This document shows positions 18,453-27,813 of a stretch of 64,000 nucleotides of DNA, one piece after another. The notes beneath the pieces were generated by a model. The model made no database searches and was not told the DNA's origin. It worked only from the letters and a program-made list of their open reading frames with translations. Origin of the DNA: Theionarchaea archaeon (GTDB lineage Archaea > Methanobacteriota_B > Thermococci > Methanofastidiosales > SZ-28-30); NCBI GenBank assembly GCA_018992685.1, contig JACVGT010000021.1, positions 32,001 to 96,000 on the forward strand, in the 5' to 3' direction. Each line of letters starts with the position of its first letter. Position 1 is the stretch's first letter. Position numbers and translations under genes: made by a program.

Positions 18453-20396
18453 ATGAAAAAAGCTTTGTGGTACCCTTCTGAAGAACGCAAAAGGAATGCG
18501 AATATGACACAGTATATGAATTCCCTGAGCGAGACGTATGGACTGACGTTCAGAGACTACCATGAACTCTACGAGTGGTCTGTCAGAAACAGGGAGGATT
18601 TCTGGTCTTCACTGTGGCATTTTTTCGATGTACGAGCTTCTCGTCCGTATGGTACAGTACTGGAAAATCCTGATGACATGCTAAAGTCCAGATGGTTTCA
18701 GGGTGCCACGTTAAATTTCGCTGAGAACCTGTTGAGACACACTGACCAGCACACTGCACTCGTCTTCAAAGGTGAAACCCAAGACCCGATTTACGTCACC
18801 TACGGGGAGCTTTTCAGAAAGGCGGCGTCCTTGGCTGCTTCTTTGAAGGAATGTGGAGTTGCTGCAAGAGACAGAGTCGTCGGATTCATGCCCAATATGA
18901 TTGAGACTGTTGTGGCCATGCTGGCAACTGCCAGTCTCGGGGCTATATGGTCATCCTGTTCCCCAGATTTCGGAATCAAAGGCGTCCTGGATCGATTCGG
19001 ACAGATAGAACCCAAGGTACTGTTTACAGCAGATGGGTACAGCTACAAGGGGAAGAGGATTGATTCGCTTGAGAAAATTTCCGGTATCCTGGAGAAGATT
19101 CAATCTATTGAAAAAGTGGTAGTGGTCCCCTATGCAGAAGAACCCACGATCACTCTTCCCAAAGCAATTCACTATGAAGATTTTCAGACCAGTGCGTCCA
19201 GCATCCAGTTTGAACAGGTACCATTTGACCATCCTCTCTATATCCTGTATACATCTGGGACAACCGGTGCTCCCAAGTGCATGGTTCACGGGGTAGGGGG
19301 CACCTTGCTTCAACACATGAAAGAGCTGGTCTTACACACCAACCTGAAAAGAGATGATACCATTTTTTATTTCACCACGTGTGGGTGGATGATGTGGAAC
19401 TGGCTGGTGAGCTCGCTGGCTGTAGGCAGTACTGTGATCCTGTTCGACGGGAACCCCTTCTACCCTGATGAAGGAGCGCTCTTTCAACTGGCAGAAGATA
19501 CAGGGTTAAGTGTGTTTGGAACCAGTGCAAAGTACTTGGCTGAAGTGGAGAAGGCCGGACTAATCCCCTCAAAGGAATTTGACTTGAATGCATTGCAGAC
19601 AATCCTATCCACGGGATCTCCTTTGTCTGTGGAGAGTTTTGATTATGTGTATAGAAGCATAAGAGAGGATGTACAGCTGTCCTCGATATCGGGGGGATCT
19701 GACATCATTTCATGCTTTGCCCTGGGGTGTCCTCTCCTCCCTGTGTACCCGGGTGAACTGCAGTGCAGAGGGCTGGGGATGAAGGTAGAAGTACTTGATG
19801 AGAATCAGAAAAGCGTGGTAAATAGAAAGGGGGACCTGGTGTGCGCTGCATCATTTCCTTCCCAACCGATTTTTTTCTGGAATGATCCTTACAGCGAGAA
19901 GTACAAGAATGCCTATTTTGATGTGGTGGACAATGTGTGGGTGCACGGTGATTTTGCAGAAATCACTGACCACGGTGGCGTCATCATCTACGGGAGATCA
20001 GATGCCACCCTGAATCCTGGCGGGGTGCGGATTGGAACGGCTGAAATCTACAGGGAAGTGGATACGTTTCCAGAGGTTGTGGACAGTATCGTGGTTGGAC
20101 AACCCTGGAGGGGCGATGTCCGGGTTATTCTCTTTGTCAAGATGCGTGAAGGTACAACGCTGACAGACCAGATGAAGGACAAGGTGAGAAAGACGATCCA
20201 GGAGAACTGTTCTCCCCGTCACGTTCCCAGCAAGATCATCGGAATAGAAGATATCCCCTATACAATAAGTGGAAAAAAGGTGGAAGTTGCTGTGAGGAAG
20301 ATCATTGAGGGACGTCCTGTGTACAACAGAGATGCACTCAGTAATCCTGAAGCTCTTGACCTGTACCGGGACATACCTGAGCTTTCAACTGAGTGA
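18453..20396 (+). CDS. Acetoacetate--CoA ligase
   Basis: LNFAENLL, YTSGTTGAPK, FTTCGWMMWNWL and GRSDATLNPGGVRIGTAEIY. Confidence 0.95.
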   Translation: MKKALWYPSEERKRNANMTQYMNSLSETYGLTFRDYHELYEWSVRNREDFWSSLWHFFDVRASRPYGTVLENPDDMLKSRWFQGATLNFAENLLRHTDQHTALVFKGETQDPIYVTYGELFRKAASLAASLKECGVAARDRVVGFMPNMIETVVAMLATASLGAIWSSCSPDFGIKGVLDRFGQIEPKVLFTADGYSYKGKRIDSLEKISGILEKIQSIEKVVVVPYAEEPTITLPKAIHYEDFQTSASSIQFEQVPFDHPLYILYTSGTTGAPKCMVHGVGGTLLQHMKELVLHTNLKRDDTIFYFTTCGWMMWNWLVSSLAVGSTVILFDGNPFYPDEGALFQLAEDTGLSVFGTSAKYLAEVEKAGLIPSKEFDLNALQTILSTGSPLSVESFDYVYRSIREDVQLSSISGGSDIISCFALGCPLLPVYPGELQCRGLGMKVEVLDENQKSVVNRKGDLVCAASFPSQPIFFWNDPYSEKYKNAYFDVVDNVWVHGDFAEITDHGGVIIYGRSDATLNPGGVRIGTAEIYREVDTFPEVVDSIVVGQPWRGDVRVILFVKMREGTTLTDQMKDKVRKTIQENCSPRHVPSKIIGIEDIPYTISGKKVEVAVRKIIEGRPVYNRDALSNPEALDLYRDIPELSTE

Positions 20397-20451
20397 CATC
20401 CCGCTGCTGAGAAACCAAATGTATAAGTACATTCAGAGAGAAAGGGAGACT

Positions 20452-22671
20452 ATGATCTACGGTTGCGATTACATTGGCCGTGACCATGCCATCATCAGGT
20501 TGTTCAGCAAGAACGGAACAAAGCATGTGGACTATGATGAGGATTTCTTGCCGTATATTTACGGGATTGGCTGTACCTGTCAGGATTTGTCCGCGGTTCG
20601 GGGCATTAAAGAGTGTGAGCCTGTCTCCAGAACCTTCAAAGGTGAGAAGGTGGAGGCTGTGAGAATTGTCTTCCACTTTCCCAAAGATGTCCCCCTCTAC
20701 AGAGAGGAACTGCGCTCCTACTGCAAGATTTACGAGCACGACATTCCCTTTGCCCGGAGATATCTTATTGACAGTGATACATATCCCATGAGCGGTGACT
20801 GTGATCTGAAAGTCCTGGCCTTTGACATTGAAACATACACAGAGACATATCCTGATTCCAGGAAAGATCCCATAATAATGATTTCTCTGGCAACAAACGA
20901 GAAGAGTGCTGTTATCACGTACAAGCACAGTGAGAAGGATTTTGTTGAGGTTGTAGAGAATGAAGCCCTCATGCTGACCCGGTTTTTTGAATTGATACAG
21001 GAGATTGATCCTGACGTTTTGGTGACCTACAATGGGGATTCCTTTGATCTCCCCTACATTCTGGACAGAATCAAAATTTTGAAAGTTGAATGCCCTCTAG
21101 AATTCAGGATCCTGGGCAGGGGGGTCACCACCAAAGTCCGTGTCCCTGGGTTCTGTCACGTTGATCTTTTCCCCATTTCCAAGCGACTGCTGAATCTCAC
21201 CAATTACACACTGGAAGCTGTGTATGAAGAGATCACGGGGAGAAGAAAATCGAAAATCAGGGGCGATCACATATCCCAATACTGGGACAAAGGAGGTGAG
21301 CCCCTGGCTCAACTCATCGAGTATGCCAGAGAAGATGCGGAAGCAGCCCTGGCCATTGGTGAGAAGTTTCTCCCCCTCCAGTATGCACTCTCCCGAATTG
21401 TGGGGCAGACGCCCTTTGACATTTCCAGAGCGTCCAGTTCTGCCATGGTGGACTGGCTCCTCCTCCGAGAAGCGCACAAGAGGGGGGAAATTGCACCAAA
21501 CCAGCCTCACGGTGGAGAATATGAGAAACGGGCCTCTCAGAGTTACGAAGGGGCCTACGTTCTGGAGCCTGAAAAGGGTCTGCACGAGAACCTGGTCCAA
21601 CTGGACTTCAGGTCCCTGTATCCTTCCATTATCATAACCCACAATATTGATCCTTTGACTCTCGGGTGTGATTGCTGTGAGAACAATACATCTCCTGCAG
21701 GATATACCTTCTGCCTCAACAAGAAAGGGTTTATCCCAGAAATTCTAAAGACGCTTCTCAACGAAAGAGCAAAAGTCAAACAACAAATGAGAGAATCAGA
21801 TGACAGAATGCTGGAATTCCAGCAGTGGGCTCTCAAGATACTTGCCAACTCCTTTTATGGGTACATGGGCTACCCCCGGGCACGCTGGTATTCACTGGAA
21901 TGTGCTGAATCCACCACAGCCTGGGGGAGAATGTACCTGAAACAGATTATTGACATGGCGAAAAAGGAAGACCTGAGAGTTATTTACGGGGACACAGATT
22001 CCGTTTTTATTGCCATGAAAGACGCCAACATTGAGATGGCACTGACATTCTTGGAAACAGTCAACAGTTCTCTTCCCGAGTCCATGGAACTGGAATTCGA
22101 AGGATTCTACCCTCGGGGATTATTCGTAACCAAGAAAAAATATGCGCTGCTTGACGATAAGGGCACTTTCATCACCAAGGGGTTGGAGATTGTAAGAAGA
22201 GACTGGGCAGACATTGCCAAGAAAACCCAGCAGGACGTGCTTGAGATCATCCTGCGGGAGGGCAACCCTCAAAAAGCTGCACAGATCGTAGAACAGGTCA
22301 CTCACAGACTGAAACAGCGCCAGGTGGACCTGGAAGACCTGGTAATATACACTCGATTGACCATGCCCTTATCCCAGTACAAACAGATTGGCCCCCACGT
22401 ACAGATTGCCCAGAAGATGAAGCAGCAGGGAGAAGACGTGGGAGTTGGCTCCACCATTGCCTATATCGTGAAAGAGGGAAGAGGGCTCATCAGAGATCGC
22501 GTTGTACCCTATGAAGAAGGTGAATCCAGAGACATTCAGTACGATGCTGATTACTACATTGAGAACCAGGTGCTCCCTGCAGTAATGCGGATCATGACGG
22601 CTTTCGGATTCAAGAAAGAGGACTTAATCTATCAGAAAACAGAACAGATGTCTCTGGAAAAATGGTTCTGA
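20452..22671 (+). CDS. polB: Family B DNA polymerase (archaeal PolB3 type), no intein
   Basis: DIET exonuclease motif, DFRSLYPS, KILANSFYG and YGDTDS; C-terminal PIP box QMSLEKWF. Confidence 0.97.
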   Translation: MIYGCDYIGRDHAIIRLFSKNGTKHVDYDEDFLPYIYGIGCTCQDLSAVRGIKECEPVSRTFKGEKVEAVRIVFHFPKDVPLYREELRSYCKIYEHDIPFARRYLIDSDTYPMSGDCDLKVLAFDIETYTETYPDSRKDPIIMISLATNEKSAVITYKHSEKDFVEVVENEALMLTRFFELIQEIDPDVLVTYNGDSFDLPYILDRIKILKVECPLEFRILGRGVTTKVRVPGFCHVDLFPISKRLLNLTNYTLEAVYEEITGRRKSKIRGDHISQYWDKGGEPLAQLIEYAREDAEAALAIGEKFLPLQYALSRIVGQTPFDISRASSSAMVDWLLLREAHKRGEIAPNQPHGGEYEKRASQSYEGAYVLEPEKGLHENLVQLDFRSLYPSIIITHNIDPLTLGCDCCENNTSPAGYTFCLNKKGFIPEILKTLLNERAKVKQQMRESDDRMLEFQQWALKILANSFYGYMGYPRARWYSLECAESTTAWGRMYLKQIIDMAKKEDLRVIYGDTDSVFIAMKDANIEMALTFLETVNSSLPESMELEFEGFYPRGLFVTKKKYALLDDKGTFITKGLEIVRRDWADIAKKTQQDVLEIILREGNPQKAAQIVEQVTHRLKQRQVDLEDLVIYTRLTMPLSQYKQIGPHVQIAQKMKQQGEDVGVGSTIAYIVKEGRGLIRDRVVPYEEGESRDIQYDADYYIENQVLPAVMRIMTAFGFKKEDLIYQKTEQMSLEKWF

Positions 22672-22896
22672 ATGCAGTCTTCCAGAGATGACTCTTGGTT
22701 TTCAGGAGGAGTTGCCTGGTACGCAGAAGATGATTCCCAGCCCATCCCTTTCGACATCCTATGTATTCTTTCTGTCTATAATACTTCACCCCTTTTTCGA
22801 CAATTGTTGATATAACAAGAGGCGAACACCGAAAGAAATATATAGGTACACTCATAGTTGAGGCAATCAATTATAAATGTTTCCAAAGGCGGTGCC

Positions 22897-23682
22897 ATGC
22901 ACGATTATGATTATACAACACTCGATGTGAAATCCACGCAAGGGGTTCTGCATGTGGTGCTGGACAGACCAGAAGTTTATAATGCGTTTAATGAGCAGGT
23001 GGTAGAGGAACTCACTGAATGCTTCGCGAAAATATCGCAAGATGAAGGGTACTGTGTGATACTGACAGGAAATGGACGCCATTTCTGCGCCGGTGCAGAC
23101 CTCGGCTGGATGCAGAGGGTTGCATCATATACGAGAGAGGAGAATATGGAAGACTCCAAGAAGATGGCATTGATGTTTGATACTATTGACAGGTGCCCTA
23201 AGCCTGTGGTTGGGCGAGTCAATGGTTCTGCATTCGGTGGTGGGGTGGGACTGGTGGCAGTGTGTGATTACGTGGTGTGCAGTGAGAATGCTCAGTTCGC
23301 CTTCAGTGAGATCAACCTGGGTATTGTGCCTGCTGTTATCTCTACATATGTTCTGCCCAGGATAGGGATCTCTCGTGGAAGAGCATTGTTCCTGAGTGGA
23401 GAACGCTTCACTGCTCATGATGCACTGGCCATGGGGCTGGTTCATACTGTATGTCCTGCTGAAGAGCTGGACGGTGTATGTGAAGAAAAAGTTCAGGTGC
23501 TTGAGTCAAGCAGTCCCAGGGCAATGGCCGCAGCCAAAGAAATGATGAGGAAGTGGTCAGTGCTGCCCAGAGAAGAGTATAGAGAGTATACGACTGAGCT
23601 GATTGCCGGTCTGCGTGCTTCTGAGGAGGGGAATGAAGGGATATCAGCTTTTTTGGAAAAGAGAAGACCTGTATGGAGGTGA
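22897..23682 (+). CDS. liuC: Enoyl-CoA hydratase family, probable methylglutaconyl-CoA hydratase
   Basis: FCAGADL, GGGVGL and FSEINLGIVP; first gene of the methylcrotonyl-CoA carboxylase (MCC) operon. Confidence 0.85.
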   Translation: MHDYDYTTLDVKSTQGVLHVVLDRPEVYNAFNEQVVEELTECFAKISQDEGYCVILTGNGRHFCAGADLGWMQRVASYTREENMEDSKKMALMFDTIDRCPKPVVGRVNGSAFGGGVGLVAVCDYVVCSENAQFAFSEINLGIVPAVISTYVLPRIGISRGRALFLSGERFTAHDALAMGLVHTVCPAEELDGVCEEKVQVLESSSPRAMAAAKEMMRKWSVLPREEYREYTTELIAGLRASEEGNEGISAFLEKRRPVWR

Positions 23683-23686
23683 TCAA

Positions 23687-25192
23687 ATTCTGGAAAAGGT
23701 TTTGATAGCCAACAGGGGGGAAATTGCAGTTCGTATTTTGACTGCTTGTCAGGAATTGGGAATCAAGACGGTGGCAATCTACTCTGATGTGGATGCGAAT
23801 TCACCCCATGTTCGGAATGCAGATGAAGCGTATTGCCTGGGTGACCCTGAGCCACGTTCCAGCTACCTAAATGTGGATAAGATCATAGCAGCGGCAAAGG
23901 AAATGGGAGCTGAAGCAATTCACCCGGGATATGGATTTCTGGCTGAGAATCCAGAGTTTGCCAGCCGGTGTGAAAAAGAAGGCATCATCTTTATTGGTCC
24001 CAGCAGTGAGGTCATACGGCTGATGGGCCACAAAGTGGAGGCAAAGAGTACCATCAAGACAGCAGGAGTCCCCGTGATTCCCGGATATCATGGCGGGGAT
24101 CAGAAGAGTGAAGCCCTGGTTGAAGAAGGGATAGCCATTGGATTTCCCCTGCTGATTAAGGCAGCTTCAGGCGGGGGCGGGAAAGGTATGCGCATCGTGC
24201 GAACAAAGGAGGAACTGCCGGAGCTTATTGAAAGCTGCAAACGTGAATCTCTGAAAGCATTTGGGGATGAAACTGTCTTTCTGGAAAAGTATCTGGACAG
24301 GCCCCGCCACATTGAATTCCAGGTTCTGGGAGACAATCACGGTCACATGATCCATCTGTTTGAGAGAGAATGTTCCATCCAGAGGCGGCACCAGAAGATC
24401 ATTGAGGAAACTCCTTCCACAGCTCTTGACCAGTCTCTCCGCAAAACCATGGGGGAGGCAGCTACCAGGGCAGCCGAGGCTGTGGGCTACACCAACGCGG
24501 GGACTGTAGAGTTCATGGTGGATGCTGAGAAAAATTTCTACTTCCTGGAAATGAATACCCGACTGCAAGTGGAGCATCCCGTAACTGAATTCGTTACTGG
24601 TGTAGATCTGGTAAAATGGCAGCTACGGATTGCGTCCGGAGAGCCCCTGACCCTTGATCAGGCAACAGTTGCCCAGAGGGGGCATGCTGTGGAATGCAGA
24701 GTCTACGCAGAAGATCCCCAGAATGAATTCCTTCCATCTACCGGCATTATCCACTACGTGGAGCTTCCAGAAGGAGTTAACATACGGAATGATTCTGGTA
24801 TCGAATCTAACATGAACGTAACTTCCCACTACGACCCTCTTCTGGCCAAGCTGACAGTTTACGCTGAATCCCGCTGTGAAGCAGTTGAAAAGATGATGTG
24901 GGCTCTTTCCAATTATGTTATTTTGGGTGTGACTACCAACATCAGTTTTCTCAGACGAATTCTGGCTCATCCTGACTTTAGAAATGGAAATATTACCACT
25001 CATTTCATAGAAGAGCATGAAGAAGTATTTCAAGAGCCTGAAATCCCCCATGAAGCACTTATTTCCGCCGCAATGGCAGAAAAACTGCGAGTATCTCCTC
25101 AGAAAGTGTCAGTTGAAGGTGCTGCATCACTGTCAGGAACAGAGGACCCCTACTCCCCCTGGAAAATTAGGAGCAACTGGAGTAATGTGTGA
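23687..25192 (+). CDS. Biotin carboxylase subunit of 3-methylcrotonyl-CoA carboxylase (probable non-canonical start)
   Basis: KVLIANRGEIA, HPGYGFLAEN, ERECSIQRRHQK and EMNTRLQVEH; SD GGAGGTGA followed by ATT/CTG. Confidence 0.92.
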   Translation: MLEKVLIANRGEIAVRILTACQELGIKTVAIYSDVDANSPHVRNADEAYCLGDPEPRSSYLNVDKIIAAAKEMGAEAIHPGYGFLAENPEFASRCEKEGIIFIGPSSEVIRLMGHKVEAKSTIKTAGVPVIPGYHGGDQKSEALVEEGIAIGFPLLIKAASGGGGKGMRIVRTKEELPELIESCKRESLKAFGDETVFLEKYLDRPRHIEFQVLGDNHGHMIHLFERECSIQRRHQKIIEETPSTALDQSLRKTMGEAATRAAEAVGYTNAGTVEFMVDAEKNFYFLEMNTRLQVEHPVTEFVTGVDLVKWQLRIASGEPLTLDQATVAQRGHAVECRVYAEDPQNEFLPSTGIIHYVELPEGVNIRNDSGIESNMNVTSHYDPLLAKLTVYAESRCEAVEKMMWALSNYVILGVTTNISFLRRILAHPDFRNGNITTHFIEEHEEVFQEPEIPHEALISAAMAEKLRVSPQKVSVEGAASLSGTEDPYSPWKIRSNWSNV

Positions 25193-25201
25193 GGTGGTGA
25201 A

Positions 25202-25711
25202 ATGGAAATGTACTTTGAACACAAGAACGCAATCCATAAGGTGGATGTGGAGCAGCGCTCAGATGCCTGGGAAATTCGGATTGGAGAACAGGTGTATAAC
25301 GTTTCCGCATCCCAGATAGGGGAAGCCCATCTGCAAGTTTCCGTGAATAATGCTTGTTTCCAGCCACGAGTTTTCTGTAATGGCCAGAAGCAATTTGTGT
25401 TCTGCAACGGAGAAACCTACTGCCTGAAAAGAGCTATTCGCAGCTCCCAAATTCACGATCATGTTGAAGGGGAGATCATTTCTCCTATTGGAGGCAAAAT
25501 AGTTAAAGTATTTGCCTCCGAAGGTGATATTGTGGAGAAAGGAGAAAACCTGGTCATCATTGAATCAATGAAAATGGAGCACAGAGTGAAGGCCCCCATG
25601 AAAGGAACAGTGATGAGACTCCGGTATGGAGAGGGAGCCATTGTAGACACTGGCGAGGTTTTAGTAGACATGGAGCCAGACAGAACTGCCACCGGACAGG
25701 CAGAATGGTAA
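25202..25711 (+). CDS. Biotin carboxyl carrier protein
   Basis: ESMKME biotinylation motif. Confidence 0.92.
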   Translation: MEMYFEHKNAIHKVDVEQRSDAWEIRIGEQVYNVSASQIGEAHLQVSVNNACFQPRVFCNGQKQFVFCNGETYCLKRAIRSSQIHDHVEGEIISPIGGKIVKVFASEGDIVEKGENLVIIESMKMEHRVKAPMKGTVMRLRYGEGAIVDTGEVLVDMEPDRTATGQAEW

Positions 25712-25754
25712 CGACTCCAGTGAAAGAATAGAAGAATAAGGAAATGGTGATTTC

Positions 25755-27362
25755 ATGGAAGTCATAGAAACCCAGATAGACCCTGATGATCCAGAATTCA
25801 AGGAAAATAGAGAGCACTACCTCAAATTGTTGAAAAACCTGAATGATACCCTAAACAGGGTAAAAGGAGGAGGCAGCGAGCAGGCCTGTGAACTGCATAA
25901 ATCCAGAGGAAAAATGCTGGTCAGAGACAGGATTAAAACCCTCCTGGACAAAGATAGCCCTTTCCTGGAATTCAGTACACTGGCTGCATACAATATGTAC
26001 AATAATGATGCCCCCTGCGCAGGCATTATCACAGGGATTGGGATCATCCATGGAAAGGAAGTGGTCATTATTGCCAATGATGCCACAGTAAAGGGGGGGA
26101 CCTACTACCCAATGACAGTGAAAAAGCATTTGCGAGCTCAGGAAATCGCCCTGGAGAACAGACTGCCCTGCATATACCTGGTAGATTCAGGGGGAGCTTT
26201 CCTCCCCATGCAGGACGAAGTCTTTCCTGATCGAGAGCACTTTGGCCGCATCTTCTACAACCAGGCAGTAATGTCTTCAAAACAGATCCCCCAGATTGCA
26301 GTGGTCATGGGGATGTGCACAGCAGGTGGCGCCTATGTTCCTGCCATGTCGGATGAGACTATCATTGTCAAGGAGACGGGAACCATTTTCCTGGGAGGAC
26401 CTCCTCTGGTGAAAGCTGCTACCCATGAAGATGTCACTCCTGAGGAACTGGGTGGTGCTGATGTCCATTGCCGGATTTCCGGGGTGGCTGACCACTATGC
26501 CCATGATGACATGCATGCTATCCAGATGTGCAGGTCCATTGTGGAGAACCTAAACCGCCCCACCAAGACCTTTCTGGATGTCAAGCCCCCGGAAGATCCC
26601 CTCTACCCGGTGGAGGAAATCTACGGGATCATCCCGAAAGATTCCAGGGTGCCCTTCGAAGTGAGGGAGGTCATTGCCCGGTTGGTGGATGGCAGCGAAT
26701 TCCATGAATTCAAGAAGGTGTATGGTACCACGCTGGTCACCGGATTTGCCAGAATCATGGGGTATCCGGTAGGAATCCTGGCCAACAATGGTGTTCTACT
26801 CAGTGAAAGTGCTTTCAAGGGGACGCATTTTATTGAGATCTGTTGCCAGCGGAGAATCCCTCTAGTATTCCTGCAGAATATTACAGGATTCATGGTGGGA
26901 AGGCAGTCTGAAGCAGGTGGAATTGCCAAGAATGGTGCTAAGATGGTATCTGCAGTTGCTGTGGCTCAGGTGCCCAAGTTTACGGTGATCATTGGTGGTT
27001 CTTTTGGGGCAGGTAACTACAGCATGTGTGGACGCGCGTACCAGCCTCGCCAGCTGTGGATGTGGCCCAATGCCCGAATTTCTGTCATGGGGGGGCAGCA
27101 GGCTGCTACGGTGCTCCTCACTGTGAAAAAGGATCAGTTATGGAGAAAGGGAATAGAATTGTCTGAAAAGGAAGAAGAAGCCATCGTAGAACCCATTATG
27201 GAAAAATACGAGAATGAGGGGAACCCTTACTACAGTTCATCCAGGTTGTGGGATGATGGTATCATCAATCCGAAAGACACTCGACTGGTGCTGGCCCTCG
27301 GGATTTCTGCTTCCCTAAATGTCCCTATACCCGATCCACCCTTTGCCCTGTACAGAATGTGA
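25755..27362 (+). CDS. liuB: 3-methylcrotonyl-CoA carboxylase beta (carboxyltransferase) subunit
   Basis: [31 protein letters not shown] and RLWDDGII. Confidence 0.94.
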   Translation: MEVIETQIDPDDPEFKENREHYLKLLKNLNDTLNRVKGGGSEQACELHKSRGKMLVRDRIKTLLDKDSPFLEFSTLAAYNMYNNDAPCAGIITGIGIIHGKEVVIIANDATVKGGTYYPMTVKKHLRAQEIALENRLPCIYLVDSGGAFLPMQDEVFPDREHFGRIFYNQAVMSSKQIPQIAVVMGMCTAGGAYVPAMSDETIIVKETGTIFLGGPPLVKAATHEDVTPEELGGADVHCRISGVADHYAHDDMHAIQMCRSIVENLNRPTKTFLDVKPPEDPLYPVEEIYGIIPKDSRVPFEVREVIARLVDGSEFHEFKKVYGTTLVTGFARIMGYPVGILANNGVLLSESAFKGTHFIEICCQRRIPLVFLQNITGFMVGRQSEAGGIAKNGAKMVSAVAVAQVPKFTVIIGGSFGAGNYSMCGRAYQPRQLWMWPNARISVMGGQQAATVLLTVKKDQLWRKGIELSEKEEEAIVEPIMEKYENEGNPYYSSSRLWDDGIINPKDTRLVLALGISASLNVPIPDPPFALYRM

Positions 27363-27745
27363 TGAGAACGTTTCTGATCATTAACCCTGAGAAGAGAGCC
27401 TCGATGGAAAGGTAATCGAGGATGGTACCACCATGGCAATAGATCTTATGTTGAGATACTAACTCTGAAACCCCTCCTGTGTCAAAAGCCCCTGAAACGT
27501 ACCCGCTGTTCCACATCAAGAGAAGGGAATTTCGCATAAGGAACGTGCGGAAACCGTCTGTAACATCCAATCGCCGCCACCATCTCAGAACTCTCTCCCA
27601 TTCAGGATTGTAGTGACACAGAAATTTCACTTCAACAAAAGATGTTTAGGTTACAATACAACAGTAAATATCGCTAGAAAACTACAATATCATCAAAGAA
27701 TCTGTTAAATTTCCAACATAGTGCCGTTGTTACGGTTTATAGCCA

Positions 27746-27761
27746 CCGAAAGGTATTTAAG
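27746..27761 (+). promoter_or_regulatory. BRE/TATA box of the S8 protease gene
   Basis: ccgaaaggtaTTTAAG upstream of SD GGAGGTGA (27802-27809). Confidence 0.55.
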
Positions 27762-27813
27762 CATAATGATGTACCGTGGTACACATTCAATAACTTTAAA
27801 GGGAGGTGAAAAC

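Noticed and set aside
20305-20451. N-terminal extensions in the ORF track (polB; also S8, the isocitrate/isopropylmalate dehydrogenase, rpoE1, nob1, hypF)
   Set aside because: They overlap upstream genes or promoters; SD position and family N-termini point to downstream ATGs
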